From Haliotis cracherodii (Eukaryota), in contig NW_027266308.1 of the NCBI RefSeq assembly GCF_022045235.1, positions 9,734,001 to 9,798,000 on the forward strand: a stretch of 64,000 nt of DNA, read 5' to 3'. How positions within the stretch are numbered: the stretch's first letter is position 1; every line of letters starts with the position of its first letter. The notes beneath the pieces are model-generated. The model had not been told where the DNA came from, searched no databases, and worked only from the letters and a program-made list of their open reading frames with translations. Below are positions 13,726 to 26,118 of this stretch, one piece after another. The translations under genes were made by a program, and so were the position numbers.

Positions 13726-14431
13726 CTGAAATCACAACATTACATAATTTACATATTTTGAAATAATCTCACCGCAAAAAGAAAGACGAATACCAAAACA
13801 TGTTTGTTAATATATGAAGATTTACTCATATCCAAGAGATATTAGATTGGTTTGATGCACAAACGAACATACTGTTATGCTGTGTGTACCGACGCTCATG
13901 AACGCATCACATGTGACGTCAAAGATCCATGACTCGAATTGCACCATTTGTCTCGTGCAGGATCAGCGTTTCAAGTTTGAAAATCTCGTGCAGAAAATCG
14001 TGAGAAAAATAAGACACGCTGTGGTAACACTTGACTGATTGTTAGTTTTGTCATTAATTGGTACACATTGGAAACATCTCTTCTTAACGTGTATACTTCT
14101 CTATGTGTTTCTATGTTTTGCATTTCTTTTGGCGTTGAGTATAGTTTGAAACTGATTTGCATTTCACTAATTATTATCAACACATAATCAAGTATGACAC
14201 AATTTTTCCTCTGATTTGAGACAAATATCCGTTTTTCTATGAAATAATATTAAAAACATCCACACTTAAAACACACATATGAGGATTCTGTGGCAATAGG
14301 GAATGGTAAGGGAGAAAGAGTTGTCTCCCCTTAAAATCCCCCATCAGCGATATCTCCTGTGAAAGCCAATTTTGGATGATAATGAAAATCCCATCTGAAA
14401 GAACAGACAAAACAAAAGTCCCTTGGCTCAC

Positions 14432-14630
14432 TTCATAAATCCTGGCGATGCCGGTGAGGAGACTGGTCTCTCCTGGGAACTTCTCCAGCGCTGACTTGTA
14501 GGTCTCCACCGCAGTCAGGGGCTGGTCCAGTCTCACGTACACCTTGCTGAGGTACAGGAAGCTGTCCACCATCTCGTCCTGCTTCAAGGCGGATTTCAAC
14601 TGTTTTTCTGCATCTCGATACATTCCAAGT
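14432..14630 (-). CDS. TTC8: TTC8 coding exon 6
   Basis: LGMYRDAEKQLKSALKQDEMVDSFLYLSKVYVRLDQPLTAVETYKSALEKFPGETSLLTGIARIYE (TPR repeats). 199 nt, donor GTGAGC. Confidence 0.95.
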
Positions 14631-15039
14631 CTGTCAGAGAGATACTCTACTGTGTCAGGCATTGATATCAGGACGATGGTCAGAAAGTACAGAACAACTT
14701 TGACACAGCTGATCACAATACTCATTTAAGTGCAATTGTTATTCATAAAACATGTAAAATATAGAACTACATTGGATAGCCTAAGTAGTGACACACCTTA
14801 TGAAGCACTGATAATCAAAGTATCAGTAAATTTTACAAAGTTACTGCCTTTTCCTTTCTGGCAGAAATTCAGTGGTATCCTTACAACAAAGGAAGGATTA
14901 TGTTCCAGTTGGAAACCCCCCCTCCCCCATACAGAGATGGCAGTCATCTCACCCCTAGCCCCACCCACAACCTCCTTGCCTGTACTTGGCAAACTGGTGA
15001 CCCCTGCCCCTGCAGCTGGCTTGCTGGACCTCCCCTGCC

Positions 15040-15813
15040 CCACTCCCAGTAGTGGCATCTGGCTAGCTGGACACCCTGCCCCACCTCTCACCTGTAGTAG
15101 CACCTGGCTAGATGGACACCCTGCCCCACCCCTCACTTGTAGTAACACCTGGCCAACTGGAGACCCTGCCCCACCTCTCACCTGTAGTACCACCTGGCTA
15201 GATGCCCCACCCCTCACCTGTAGTAACACCTGGCTAGCTGCCCCACCCCTCACCTGTAGTAACACTTGGCTTGATGCACACCCTCCCCCACCCCTCACCT
15301 GTAGTAGCACCGGCTAGATGGACACCCTACCCCACCCCTCACCTGTAGTAACACCTGGCTACCTGGACACCCTGCCCCACCTCTCACCTGTAGTAGCACC
15401 TGGCCAGCTGGACACCCTGCCCCACCTCTCACCTGTAGTAACACCTGGCCAGCTGGACACCCTGCCCCACCTCTCACCTGTAGTACCACCTGGCCAGCTG
15501 GACACCCTGCCCCACCCCTCACCTGTAGTAACACTTGGCCAGCTTGACACCCTGCCACATCCCTCACCTGTAGTAACACTTGGCCAGCTTGACACCCTGC
15601 CACATCCCTCACCTGTAGTACCACCTGGCCAGCTGGACCCCCTGCCCAACCCCTCACCTGTAGTACCACCTGGCCAGCTGTACACCCTACCCCACCCCTG
15701 TAGTAACACCTGGCTAGATGGACACCCTGTCCCACCCCTCACCAGTAGTACCACGAGGCTAGGTGGACACCCTGCCCCCCCACTTACCTGTAGTAACACT
15801 TGGCCAGCTGGAC
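15040..15813 (-). repeat. 45-bp minisatellite derived from the TTC8 exon 5 / intron 5 junction
   Basis: Unit on minus strand GTCCAGCTGGCCAGGTGTTACTACAG|GTGAGAGGTGGGGCAGGGT; about 17 units. Confidence 0.95.
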
Positions 15814-15873
15814 CTTCCACCACCAGTCCTTGTACTGACAGGACTCCGTGGCCAGAGCAGCCAGCTCCAGGGC
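15788..15873 (-). CDS. TTC8: TTC8 coding exon 5
   Basis: ALELAALATESCQYKDWWWKVQLAKCYY(R), containing the DWWWK signature. 86 nt, donor GTAAGT. Confidence 0.95.
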
Positions 15874-16144
15874 CTGCAACAAGGGGGCACATATGTGTGT
15901 AAGAAAACTCAATAGTCAATAGGAGGTACACATATAGGGTACACTGACATCACACACATCACACAACATCAGGGGGCACGGACATATTAATGTAGCCATT
16001 TAATGTAAATGTTTCCATGGAGACCAACTTTAATGATAACCTCGGGGTACAGGTGCTTATTTATCCCCCCACTCACTGGAGTAGCGACCCCTAGGACGTG
16101 TGACCTTTGGTTAGTGGTGTGTTCCATCCCTACACAGTACTCAC

Positions 16145-16279
16145 ATTTCTCACATCATTTTCATGATGAAATATATATTCAAAGAGAGCCTTGGCCAAGT
16201 TTTGTCTGGCTGCATACTTGTTGAAGTTCAGTCTGGCCAGGTTGATGAATGGACCATCAGCATTGGACAGCATGGATGC
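16145..16279 (-). CDS. TTC8: TTC8 coding exon 4
   Basis: ASMLSNADGPFINLARLNFNKYAARQNLAKALFEYIFHHENDVRN. 135 nt, acceptor TTCAG, donor GTGAGT. Confidence 0.95.
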
Positions 16280-16289
16280 CTGAAGGGGG

Positions 16290-19200
16290 AACAGATTTAA
16301 CAGATATAACAAATGTAACAGATATAACACATGTAACAAATATAACAGGTATAACAGATGTAACCAATATAACAGGTATAACAGATATAACAAATGTAAC
16401 AGATGTAACAGAAATAACAGATATAACAGAAATAACAGATGTAACAGATATAACAGAAATAGCAGATGTAATAGAAAAAAACAGATGTAACAGACATAAC
16501 AGATGCAACAGATATAACAGATGTAACAGATATAACAGGTATATCAGATTAACAGATATAACAAATGTAACAGAAATAACAGATATAACAGATGTAACAG
16601 ACATAACAGATGTAACAAATGCAACAGATATAACAGATATAACAGATGTTACAGACATAACAGATGTAACAGATGTAACAGATATAACAGAAATAACAGA
16701 TGTAACAGAAATAACAGATGTAACAGAAATAACAGCATAACAGATATAACAGACATAACAGATGTAACAGATATAACAGATGTAAAACACTTTTCAGATT
16801 CAGATTCTGAAGTTGAATGCATTCATTCTGATATTTTGATAGCAAAGTTTAGATCGCCAGGTCATAGGTTTTCGGACGGCCACATTTCTCGCAATTACTC
16901 ACACTATATAACAGACATAACAGATGTAACAGATATAACAGATATAACAGACATAACAGATGTAACAGATATAACAGAAATAACAGATGTAACAGAAATG
17001 ATAGATGTAACAGAAATAACAGATGTAACAGATATAACAGAAATAACAGATGTAACAGAAATAACACTTGTAACAGATATAACAGATGTAACAGACATAA
17101 CAGATGTAACAAATGCAACAGATATAACAGATATAACAGATGTAACAGAAATAACAGATGTAACAGATATAACAGAAATAACAGATGTAACAGAAATAAC
17201 ACATGTAACAGATATAACAGATATAACAGATGTAACAGACATAACAGATGTAACAAATGCAACAGATATAACAGATATAACAGATGTTACAGACATAACA
17301 GATGTAACAGATATAACATAAATAACAGATGTAACAGAAATAACAGATGTAACAGATATAACAGATGTAACAGAAATGATAGATGTAACAGAAATAACAG
17401 ATGTAACAGATATAACAGACATAACAGATGTAACAGAAATAACACATGTAACAGATATAACAGATATAACAGATATAACAGATGTAACAGATATAACAGA
17501 AATAACAGATGTAACAGAAATAACAGATGTAACATATATAACAGAAATAACAGATGTAACAGACATAACAGATGTAACAGATATAACAGATGTAAAACAC
17601 TTTTCAGATTCAGATTCTGAAGTTGAATGCATTCATTCTGATATTTTGATAGCAAAGTTTAGATCGCCAGGTCATAGGTTTTCGGACGGCCACATTTCTT
17701 GCAATTACTCACACTTTTATAACAGACATAACAGATGTAACAGACATAACAGATGTAACAGATGTAACAGATATAACAGATGTAACAGAAATGATAGATG
17801 TAACAGAAATAACAGATGTAACAGATATAACAGAAATAACAGAAATAACACATGTAACAGATATGACAGAAATAACAGATGTAACAGACATAACAGATGT
17901 AACAAATGCAACAGATATAACAGATGTTACAGACATAACAGAAATAACAGATGTAACAGATATAACAGACGTAACAGGTGTAACAGATATAACAGATGTA
18001 AAACACTTTTCAGATTCAGATTCTGAAGTTGAATGCATTCATTCTGATATTTTGATAGCAAAGTTTAGATCGCCAGGTCATAGGTTTTCGGACGGCCACA
18101 TTTCTTGCAATTACTCACACTATAACAGAGGGTGTAGCATCACACAGACATTGTAAATACTCAGATGATGGCTTGTTTTTAAGATAAGTAGTAGTTTATA
18201 AGTGAATGAAATGTTTAACGGACGGCCATATTTCTCGCAATTACTCACATTATATAACAGACATAACAGATGTAACAGATATAACAGACATAACAGACGT
18301 AACAGATATAACAGACATAACAGATGTAACAAATGTAACAGAAATAACAGATGCAACAGAAATAACACATGTAACAGATATAACAGATGTAACAGAAATA
18401 ACAGATGTAACAGATATAACAGATGTAACAGATATAACAGATGTAACAGATATAACAGATATAACAGATGTAACAGAAATAACAGATATAAAGAAATAAC
18501 AGATATAACAGATGTAACAGAAATAACAGATGTAAAACACTTTTCAGATTCAGATTCAGATTCTGAAGTTGAATGCATTCAATCTGATATTTTGATAGCA
18601 AAGTTTAGATCGCCAGGTCATAGGTTTTGGGACAGCCACATTTCTCGCAATTACTCACACTATAACAGAGGGTGTAGCATCACACAGACATTGTAAATAC
18701 TCAGATGATGGCATGTTTTTAAGATAAGTAGTAGTTTATAAGTGAATGAAATGTTTAACGGACGGCCATATTTCTCGCAATTACTCACATTATATAACAG
18801 ACATAACAGACGTAACAGATATAACAGACATAACAGATGTAACAAATGTAACAGAAATAACAGATGCAACAGAAATAACACATGTAACAGATATAACAGA
18901 TGTAACAGAAATAACAGATGTAACAGATATAACAGATGTAACAGTAATAACAGATGTAAAAGATATAACAGATATAAAGAAATAACAGATGTAACAGAAA
19001 TAACAGATATAAAGAAATAACAGATGTAACAGATATAACAGACAAAAGATATAAAGAAATAACAGATATAACAGATGTAACAGAAATAACAGATGTAAAA
19101 CACTTTTCAGATTCAGATTCAGATTCTGAAGTTGAATGCATTCAATCTGATATTTTGATAGCAAAGTTCAGATCACCAGGTCATAGGTTTTCGGACAGAC

Positions 19201-19320
19201 ACATTTCTTGCAATTACTCGCACTATAACAGAGGGTGTAGCATCACATAGACATTGTAAATACTCAGATGATGGCTTGTTTTTAAGATAAGTAGTAGTTT
19301 ATAAGTGAATGAGATGTTTA
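16290..19320. repeat. Higher-order repeat: 9-bp units (ACAGATGTA/ACAGATATA/ACAGAAATA) in blocks separated by five copies of a conserved spacer
   Basis: Spacer AAAACACTTTTCAGATTCAGATTC... at about 16784, 17594, 18000, 18534 and 19097. Confidence 0.95.
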
Positions 19321-19902
19321 ACAGCTGCTCATGTAAGTAAGAGAGGAAACAATTTTTAGATACGGTATTACTTTACTGCTTTTATTACCATTCTTGTTGG
19401 AAAATAATTAACAAGAAATTATGGAAAAGAGAATTTATGGATGTCAACTTCTTTCTTATGAGGAACACAACGTTTCGGAGTATGTACTTACCTGATTCAG
19501 GAGTAAGAAATTATAGGCTATTAATATCTTTTTTTGAGAAAATAAAAGTTGTGCATCCCGCATATTGATGTACACACAATGTTTGAAGTATGAACACTCT
19601 GTTCCAAATAGTGCCTCACGTGTATTAAAAACCAAACTATGTCCTTTATTTAGACAGCACATTAACGTTTCCTTCCTGTGTATATTTAGTAGTTTTCTAT
19701 GGCTACGAGAAAGCAGCTGAATGATGTGGATTGCTGATCCATCAATGTTGAGAAAATCTAAAAAAAATGTGCTCATATTGAAAAGTTGGTCCTCTTGATA
19801 TTTTGACCCTTTTATATCTAAAATTGTCCTTCATCGAGTACTACTCATACAACAGATGAGGTCAGTATCCAAGCCTTATTTAAGAAATACGAACAAGAAG
19901 GA

Positions 19903-19989
19903 GTTGTTTATCGTACAATAAAACACTGAAGGGGGAATAAACCATAGTGGTTTATTCTCCCTGCAGTGTTTTATTATATGATAAACAAC
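19903..19989. repeat. Near-perfect hairpin (42-bp arms, 3-nt loop)
   Basis: GTTGTTTATCGTACAATAAAACACTGAAGGGGGAATAAACCA-TAG-TGGTTTATTCTCCCTGCAGTGTTTTATTATATGATAAACAAC. Confidence 0.9.
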
Positions 19990-20683
19990 CACCGCAAGTC
20001 GTTATTCTTATACAAGATATCCACATTACGTACAGCCTCTTTAAGGATAATGATAAATGTACAAGCTTTAAACATATATGCCCATATTTAGATAATGATG
20101 AATCCCTCAATAGAATCTGACCTCGGCAATATCGGAAAAGTCCATTTTATGAACAGGTTGATATTTTGCCGCATATTCTAACAATCCTCACGTCAGTTAC
20201 CTGTACCTTTTCTCCCAATACCGATTGTCCTATCTCTCCTGCTTTTGGATGCGATTGTTCAGCCATCACATTTATCTGTATTGCTACATCTAAGGGGAAC
20301 AACTCACTAGACACTCCCCTCTCAAAAATAATGTTGTTCAATATACGTCATCAAGTTGCGAGCGCATGTTCGCATCTCCAGAAATGACGCCATGATAGAA
20401 CAATGTTTTATCGTGAAATAAACCACACTTCATTCTTCATTGTTCTTTGCAATTTATCACGTATAGCCATCAAATATCTATGTTTACTTTTACGACCAGT
20501 ACGGTGCCCTGGAAAGCTATCAAGAATAAATAGCAGCATGAATAAATATTTATAAATATTCATGAGAATGTTCATGAGAATGTAAAATTCATACAGCCCA
20601 AGGGAGACAACCATTCCTACACCTGAACCTGCATACCACGCATTTTTTCCCTCTCATGGGTCAAATATTTCAGTTTCACATAC

Positions 20684-20843
20684 CGTTCCCAGTCTGACAT
20701 ATCTTCCTGATGCACTTGTTACAGGTCTGGCAGTGTGAGCTGTACGAGGGGTTCGAATGGCCTGTTCCATGGTGCCAGGTCGACCTGATTGTGTACCAGG
20801 GCGAACAAATCCACTCAGAGGACGACCAGACTGGCTCATCGGC
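20684..20843 (-). CDS. TTC8: TTC8 coding exon 3
   Basis: PMSQSGRPLSGFVRPGTQSGRPGTMEQAIRTPRTAHTARPVTSASGRYVRLGT, a highly conserved TTC8 segment. 160 nt, donor GTATGT. Confidence 0.95.
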
Positions 20844-21420
20844 CTGATCAAAGGAAAACATGATGGGCAATACAATCCATTGAAACAGGGTAGAGAACCA
20901 GTAAAATAAACATAACATACATTCTGAGCAATGACGAGATAAATTGTCAGCACAGTATTTGAATTTTGTTTAAATTCCAAGGAATCCTTGCCATGATTGA
21001 AGAATTAAGGGACCATAGACTTCAATACACCACAAACAGCTCAATAAGGTTAAGGGGGTAGGGTGGTGGTGTCATGAAAAAAGGACATAATGAAAGAGTG
21101 GGGGTTCACAATAATTTATTACAATCTGGCGGGAGCATAAATTTGTCACCACAGGTGGAATCCTTCTGATGCCATCGTGTATTCTCAGAAATTGTGCAGA
21201 AATCGCTGAGCGCCCACCCATTCCCTCTATACAGACTCCCTGGAGATATGTTTCACGTGACTCGAGCACTGCGATATGTATCTTATCATGACTCAAGCAT
21301 CGAGATATGTCTCAAAATCTGTGGTAAGAATATCATAACACCACTAGTGTATGGTAAATTTGTTTGTGTATTTTATTCATATACACAGTTCTGGTAACAA
21401 CCTTTTCTTTCTATACACAC

Positions 21421-21608
21421 CTGACACCCTGGCTTGGGGCTCCCTGACCAGTGCCTGGTTTGACACCACGGAGCGACGTCCCTGGCCGGGCAACGCTTGC
21501 TATAACATTGTCATCCATCAGCATCTCAGCAATGCCCTCCTCATCCACATCCACCTCGTCCACATACACCTGGCCTGTCAGCGCCCGTGTCTTCAACGTC
21601 CATGAGGC
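21421..21608 (-). CDS. TTC8: TTC8 coding exon 2
   Basis: ASWTLKTRALTGQVYVDEVDVDEEGIAEMLMDDNVIASVARPGTSLRG...SQGV(R). AG/GT boundaries, 188 nt, phase 0->2. Confidence 0.93.
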
Positions 21609-21670
21609 CTGTGATCATTATAGGACAATCAGTCTGATAATCACTATACAGCAAAGTTGTATACATACAG

Positions 21671-21789
21671 AATCTCACCAGAGTGTCTTTTGATATCAAA
21701 TATATCAACACAAATTGATAAGAGTGGAAAAGCTCTGAGGCTTGCCGAGTGTTGATATATTTGATATCAAAAGACACGAGGGTGAGATT
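21671..21789. repeat. Inverted repeat / hairpin element
   Basis: GTGTCTTTTGATATCAAATATATCAACAC versus its exact reverse complement GTGTTGATATATTTGATATCAAAAGACAC. Confidence 0.9.
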
Positions 21790-23819
21790 TTATTTATCAT
21801 CCAACATCATTCTTCCAACTTTTTCAGTTTGTAGACAGTAATAAGTAGTGTCTTAGTGTAAAAAATACTGCGAACAGCTTCAGTAGCAGAGCCATTACTG
21901 ATGTCATTTGATTGTGATGTCATGGTAACCAATGTCACAATGGTCTGCAAAGCATAGTGATGCAATTTCATTGCAGCGATATCTACAATGTAGATATCGC
22001 TTGATCTCACCAAAGCGATATCTCCTGTGGGAGCCAGTTTTGGATGATAAATTCTTGAACTGTCATCAGAAGATCACCTAAAATATGTATTCATTGATTA
22101 TCACGATTTGATCCCCGTGGACAAATAAAGCTTGAAAGTTAAGACATCCTTGGGGGTCCCTATATTCAAATACCATTTTAAAAAAATCCAAAGGACCCAA
22201 GGATCTCTCTTAATTTCAGAAACTGATCATACATGGTAATCTGATAATATGTTTCCATAGCTATTTTCTATGGCATGGCTATTGTACATTCATTATCATA
22301 TTCCTCTAAAATTCTAAAAAATGTATTAACATCACTGTCAGCGTGTCTGTCTCCTTGATCTGGTACCTGGAATTTGCCCAGGCGATTAAGGGGAAACAAC
22401 TCTCCAAGTTTGAAAGTATTAAAATATGGATGGGCTTTTTCAAGATTCAAAATTTGCTTATAATGGACTTTTATTTTGACTTTTTTGACTTGTGTTCATC
22501 GCTATTCTCGCTGCGCTGCGCGAAGAGACACCTATCAGTGGATCTGAGAATGAGAAGCTGTATAGCATCACAAAGCATATACAAAAAAGAGCCGCAGCCA
22601 AACTGACATGTGTTTATGTTGTTGATTAATGCATCCACGACTTGAATGGGTTAAGCTATCGGTCAACATCATATTATGCACAATATAAAACTACATACAT
22701 ATGTCTGGAGACATATTTACATACATGGCATGAGCAAGTTTTCCTTGTTTACCAATCCAGATTTCTTTTGAAATAAAAAAATATGTATAAACCACATAGT
22801 ATCCCGTCAAAGAATTCAGGCAAACAATCAGGTGATAACAAATTTGGTCAATAAAAATGTGAAATTTGAGACAAATTATCACTGAACATGAGAATTTACC
22901 CATTAAATTGTATCTTTTGTTCTGCTAGGCATTGTTGTATATGCAGAAATAAAGATTACCGTGTGTATTTTCTCATAAACTAGGTTGGAAATAGCAATCA
23001 ACTGTACATACATTTTCTACTAATATACCAAATACACAATAAGATAACTTCAAAGAATTTTGATTCAATGATCAGATGAATTGTATCAGTAAAAATTATT
23101 TTTTTAGAAATATAATATTTCAATATCAAGTTATTTTAGTTGCAGCTTTTAATATATATATTTAAAATAATAACCATAAGCATAGCACTTTGAAACAACT
23201 GATTGCTATTGACGGATATTTTGTACATATTGGAAAATTTGATCAGTCACTGTTGAGGCCTTCTGCGTTCTTGCTACAGCAAATAAATGAAAACAAAATG
23301 CAAATATCATAATTACAGCTGAGAAACGTAATATGTATGATATTAGGCAGTAACCTTGTTTGAGGAATGTATTCGTTAATTTCCACATAAAGGATTAATA
23401 TCACATACATCTGAAGCTGTACAAAGAAACTTGTTGGATGTCACAGGTATTTGTAACGATCTAATATTACAAAATAACATATATAGTGTTTCTGGATATT
23501 ATAACCTGCGTTTATCTCTCAACTGATCACATATGTTTGTTTCAGGTGTTTCACATAGGTGTCATGTCTCACTGGTCAGCTGAGATGGAACAAATTGTTT
23601 TCACACAGGCATTTCACACCCAGATATGTTTGTATTCCGTCTGCTTTAGTAAACCTACACATATCAACACTTAGTTTTGACAAATCCACTGTGCAAGATA
23701 ACAGTGATTAATCAATCAACATATTCATGATATTATTTGTTAATCCTTTGCTCGATGTTTTTACACTTAATTGACCATTCCTCTCCTGCTGCGCTGCAGA
23801 ACTAATACTTCAGATACTT

Positions 23820-24665
23820 AAAAGCTACGACAATCTACGTAAACTAGGCAAAGACATAGAAATAGTTTGGATCTGTGCCCATGTCGGGGTGTTTGGCAAC
23901 GAACACATCAACAAAGCAGCTACATAAGGATTAAAATTAGAAGAAGTAAGCATCAACCTTCCAATATCTAAAAACAAAATATTACTAAAGAAAATATCTC
24001 CCAAAAGTGGCAAAACAACTATCAGAAATCAAACTGCAAACTAAAACACCTGCTACAAAAACCACTAAAAAACAAAATCCATCATAAAACCAAAATAATC
24101 GACACGGTAATAACCAAATTACAAACAGGCCACTCTAAAGTGTACTCATATCTACACCAAATTAAATGCCCCATTGCAACCAAATAGAAACACCTGAACA
24201 CGTAATACTACATTGCACACATTACTAACAACACAGAACAACACTAATAACCACACTAAACTACAACCAACCAAATGACACTAGCAACTCTACTAAACCC
24301 CTTAAATAACTTACAGCCCTATAAAGCACAAGGCATTTATCTAATCAAAACAGGCCTACTCTGGTGCATTTAAAAAACAAAAACAAAAAAACACACAAAA
24401 AACAACACAACAAACAAGCTACCAACGAAACATAAATCTATAAAAACACACAACCTCACAAACTTCTTAGCCCCCACCTTATTAGCATGACATATTTTAA
24501 AATTAAAAATTTCTGCCAAAAGTAATTAAGTAACCATAAAGCCCCTCCAGGTTGCCTTACCTTTCGGACATACCCTTCTCAACCACATCAATAAATGGCC
24601 TGGCGGGCCCGTGTGCGAAATACACAAATGTCGAAAAGCACACATTAAAACCCAAACTAAGTAAG
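23820..24665 (+). mobile_element. 3' fragment of an I-group (I/Nimb/Ingi-like) LINE
   Basis: RNase H end IVWICAHVGVFGNEHINKAA; C-terminal TKLQTGH...KCP(fs)HCNQIETPEHVILHC zinc knuckle; stops and frameshifts; strong A/C strand skew. Confidence 0.8.
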
Positions 24666-24796
24666 TTGAATAATTGACCCAGATGCGAACCACAGATTGC
24701 TATATATCCTTGATACCCTCAGAGACAGGGGTGAACATCATTGAGTTATTTTGCATAGTCTTTGCCAGGTTAGAGAGTTGTTTCCCTTTAAGACTA

Positions 24797-25052
24797 GACC
24801 CGCGAAGATATGGGGTAGAATACCTCTTCAGCAACCCATGCTTGCTGTAGAAGGTGACTATGCTTGTCGTAATAGGCGACTACGGGATCGGGTGGTCAGG
24901 CTCGCTGACTTGGTTGAAGCATGTCATCGATCCCAATTGCATGGAAGGATGCTCATGATATCAATCACTGGATTGTGTGGTCCAGACTCGATTATTTACA
25001 GACCTAAGTCATATAGCTGAGTGCGGCGTAAAACAACAAACCAACCAATCCA
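24797..25052 (+). mobile_element. Retroposon family C (SINE or LINE-3'-end-like, about 260 bp)
   Basis: 13-bp TSD CCCTTTAAGACTA; (CAAA/CCAA)n tail; multiple copies in the window. Confidence 0.85.
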
Positions 25053-25505
25053 CCCTTTAAGACTAACCATGCTAACTGGGACACTGAGTGTTTCTTTAAA
25101 TTCTTATTGATCAAATGGACGACCCCTAGGTATAATGCACTGCAATTCGTTTACAGAGTTGAGTCCCTTGGTCATGTAAGGATCTGCCGAACATTAGCTC
25201 GAACACCTGTGGTCATGGGTTCTAGTACAAACAAGTGCGGTATTCAGAATATTGATAATATTGCGTACATCGGCATAAAACAATTCTCTATCATTATTAG
25301 CTTATTATTATATTAGAGTAATCAGTTGATTCTGCCGATAGCTGCGGGACGGAAACAACCGAGTATATTTCTGGCATACAGTGTTGTTTTATTTAAAATA
25401 GGCTGTCAGTGTTCACATGTAGGAATAGTCCAAAATATATTTCCGTTCGATGTTTTTTCAATAAAATCTAAATACTAGAAAAACAGTGAAAACTATCCCA
25501 TTTAC

Positions 25506-25607
25506 CTGATCATATGGGTTCTTCTCGAGAAGTTGTGTACAAATATCAACACATTTTTGATACTTTCTTCGCCTAAAATAGCTGTATGCAAGAAATAGTG
25601 GATCCAT
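25506..25607 (-). CDS. TTC8: TTC8/BBS8 (BBSome TPR protein) coding exon 1
   Basis: Translates MDPLFLAYSYFRRRKYQKCVDICTQLLEKNPYDQ, matching the known TTC8 N-terminus (MEPLLLAWSYFRRRKFQLCADLCTQMLEKSPYDQ). ATG at 25607, donor GTAAAT. Confidence 0.93.
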
Positions 25608-26043
25608 GATTTGTTTTCATCAACAAACTATTTTTCTTAATTGTCTCCCCTTTGGCTACGCTGGACCAACCAAATCGCGTTTAACAAATGATCCAACCAA
25701 ATTCCATGACACATAATTTAATGTATTTGTGCGCTCTGTACTAGCCCATGTTGAAAACATTCGAGATGACAAATCAGGAAATACGAGAACACAAAAGAGA
25801 GCAAGGGTTCAATATTCACCGTGGTCTCAACTTCAGACCATATATGTAATCACTGTTTTGTCAGAATAAAATGTGATGGGTGTTAGAAATCGATTGAGGC
25901 AGTAAAACATGTTTATGATTTCAAACAAACTGCGTTCGAACGAATCCAATATTTTTCATTAGCGGTCAGCAAGACACTTCCGAAAGACGCTCTTGTTGTC
26001 GTTCTTGGCATCAAGGTCTGAATCAAGAATTTCAGCTGTGAAA
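25608..26043. promoter_or_regulatory. Probable bidirectional promoter between TTC8 and CNIH4
   Basis: Divergent start codons only 436 bp apart; region is repeat-free and relatively CpG-rich. Confidence 0.7.
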
Positions 26044-26118
26044 ATGGCATTGGATTCGTTCTTGTTTATATTTGCTCTGATCGACGAGGCGACGTTGCTT
26101 TTCTTGGCAGTGTATTTT
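26044..26118 (+). CDS. CNIH4: Cornichon homolog 4-like, coding exon 1
   Basis: MALDSFLFIFALIDEATLLFLAVYF (first TM helix), followed by the U12-type donor GTATCCTTT. Confidence 0.88.

Noticed and set aside
14730-15931. Pro/Gly-rich ORFs of 146-195 aa
   Set aside because: 45-bp junction-derived repeat; only 15788-15873 is coding, in a different frame.
16249-19164. Thr-Asp-Ile (antifreeze/mucin-like) and Cys-Tyr-Ile ORFs
   Set aside because: Translations of a 9-bp intronic repeat with frequent frame breaks; the region lies inside TTC8 intron 3.
16784-19320. CRISPR-like repeat/spacer alternation
   Set aside because: Eukaryotic intron; the constant segments are 125-250 bp and the intervening blocks are simple repeats rather than unique spacers; no cas genes.
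25643-25659. X-box in the TTC8 promoter (GTCTCC-CCTTT-GGCTAC)
   Set aside because: Half-site spacer of 5 nt exceeds the usual 0-3 nt.
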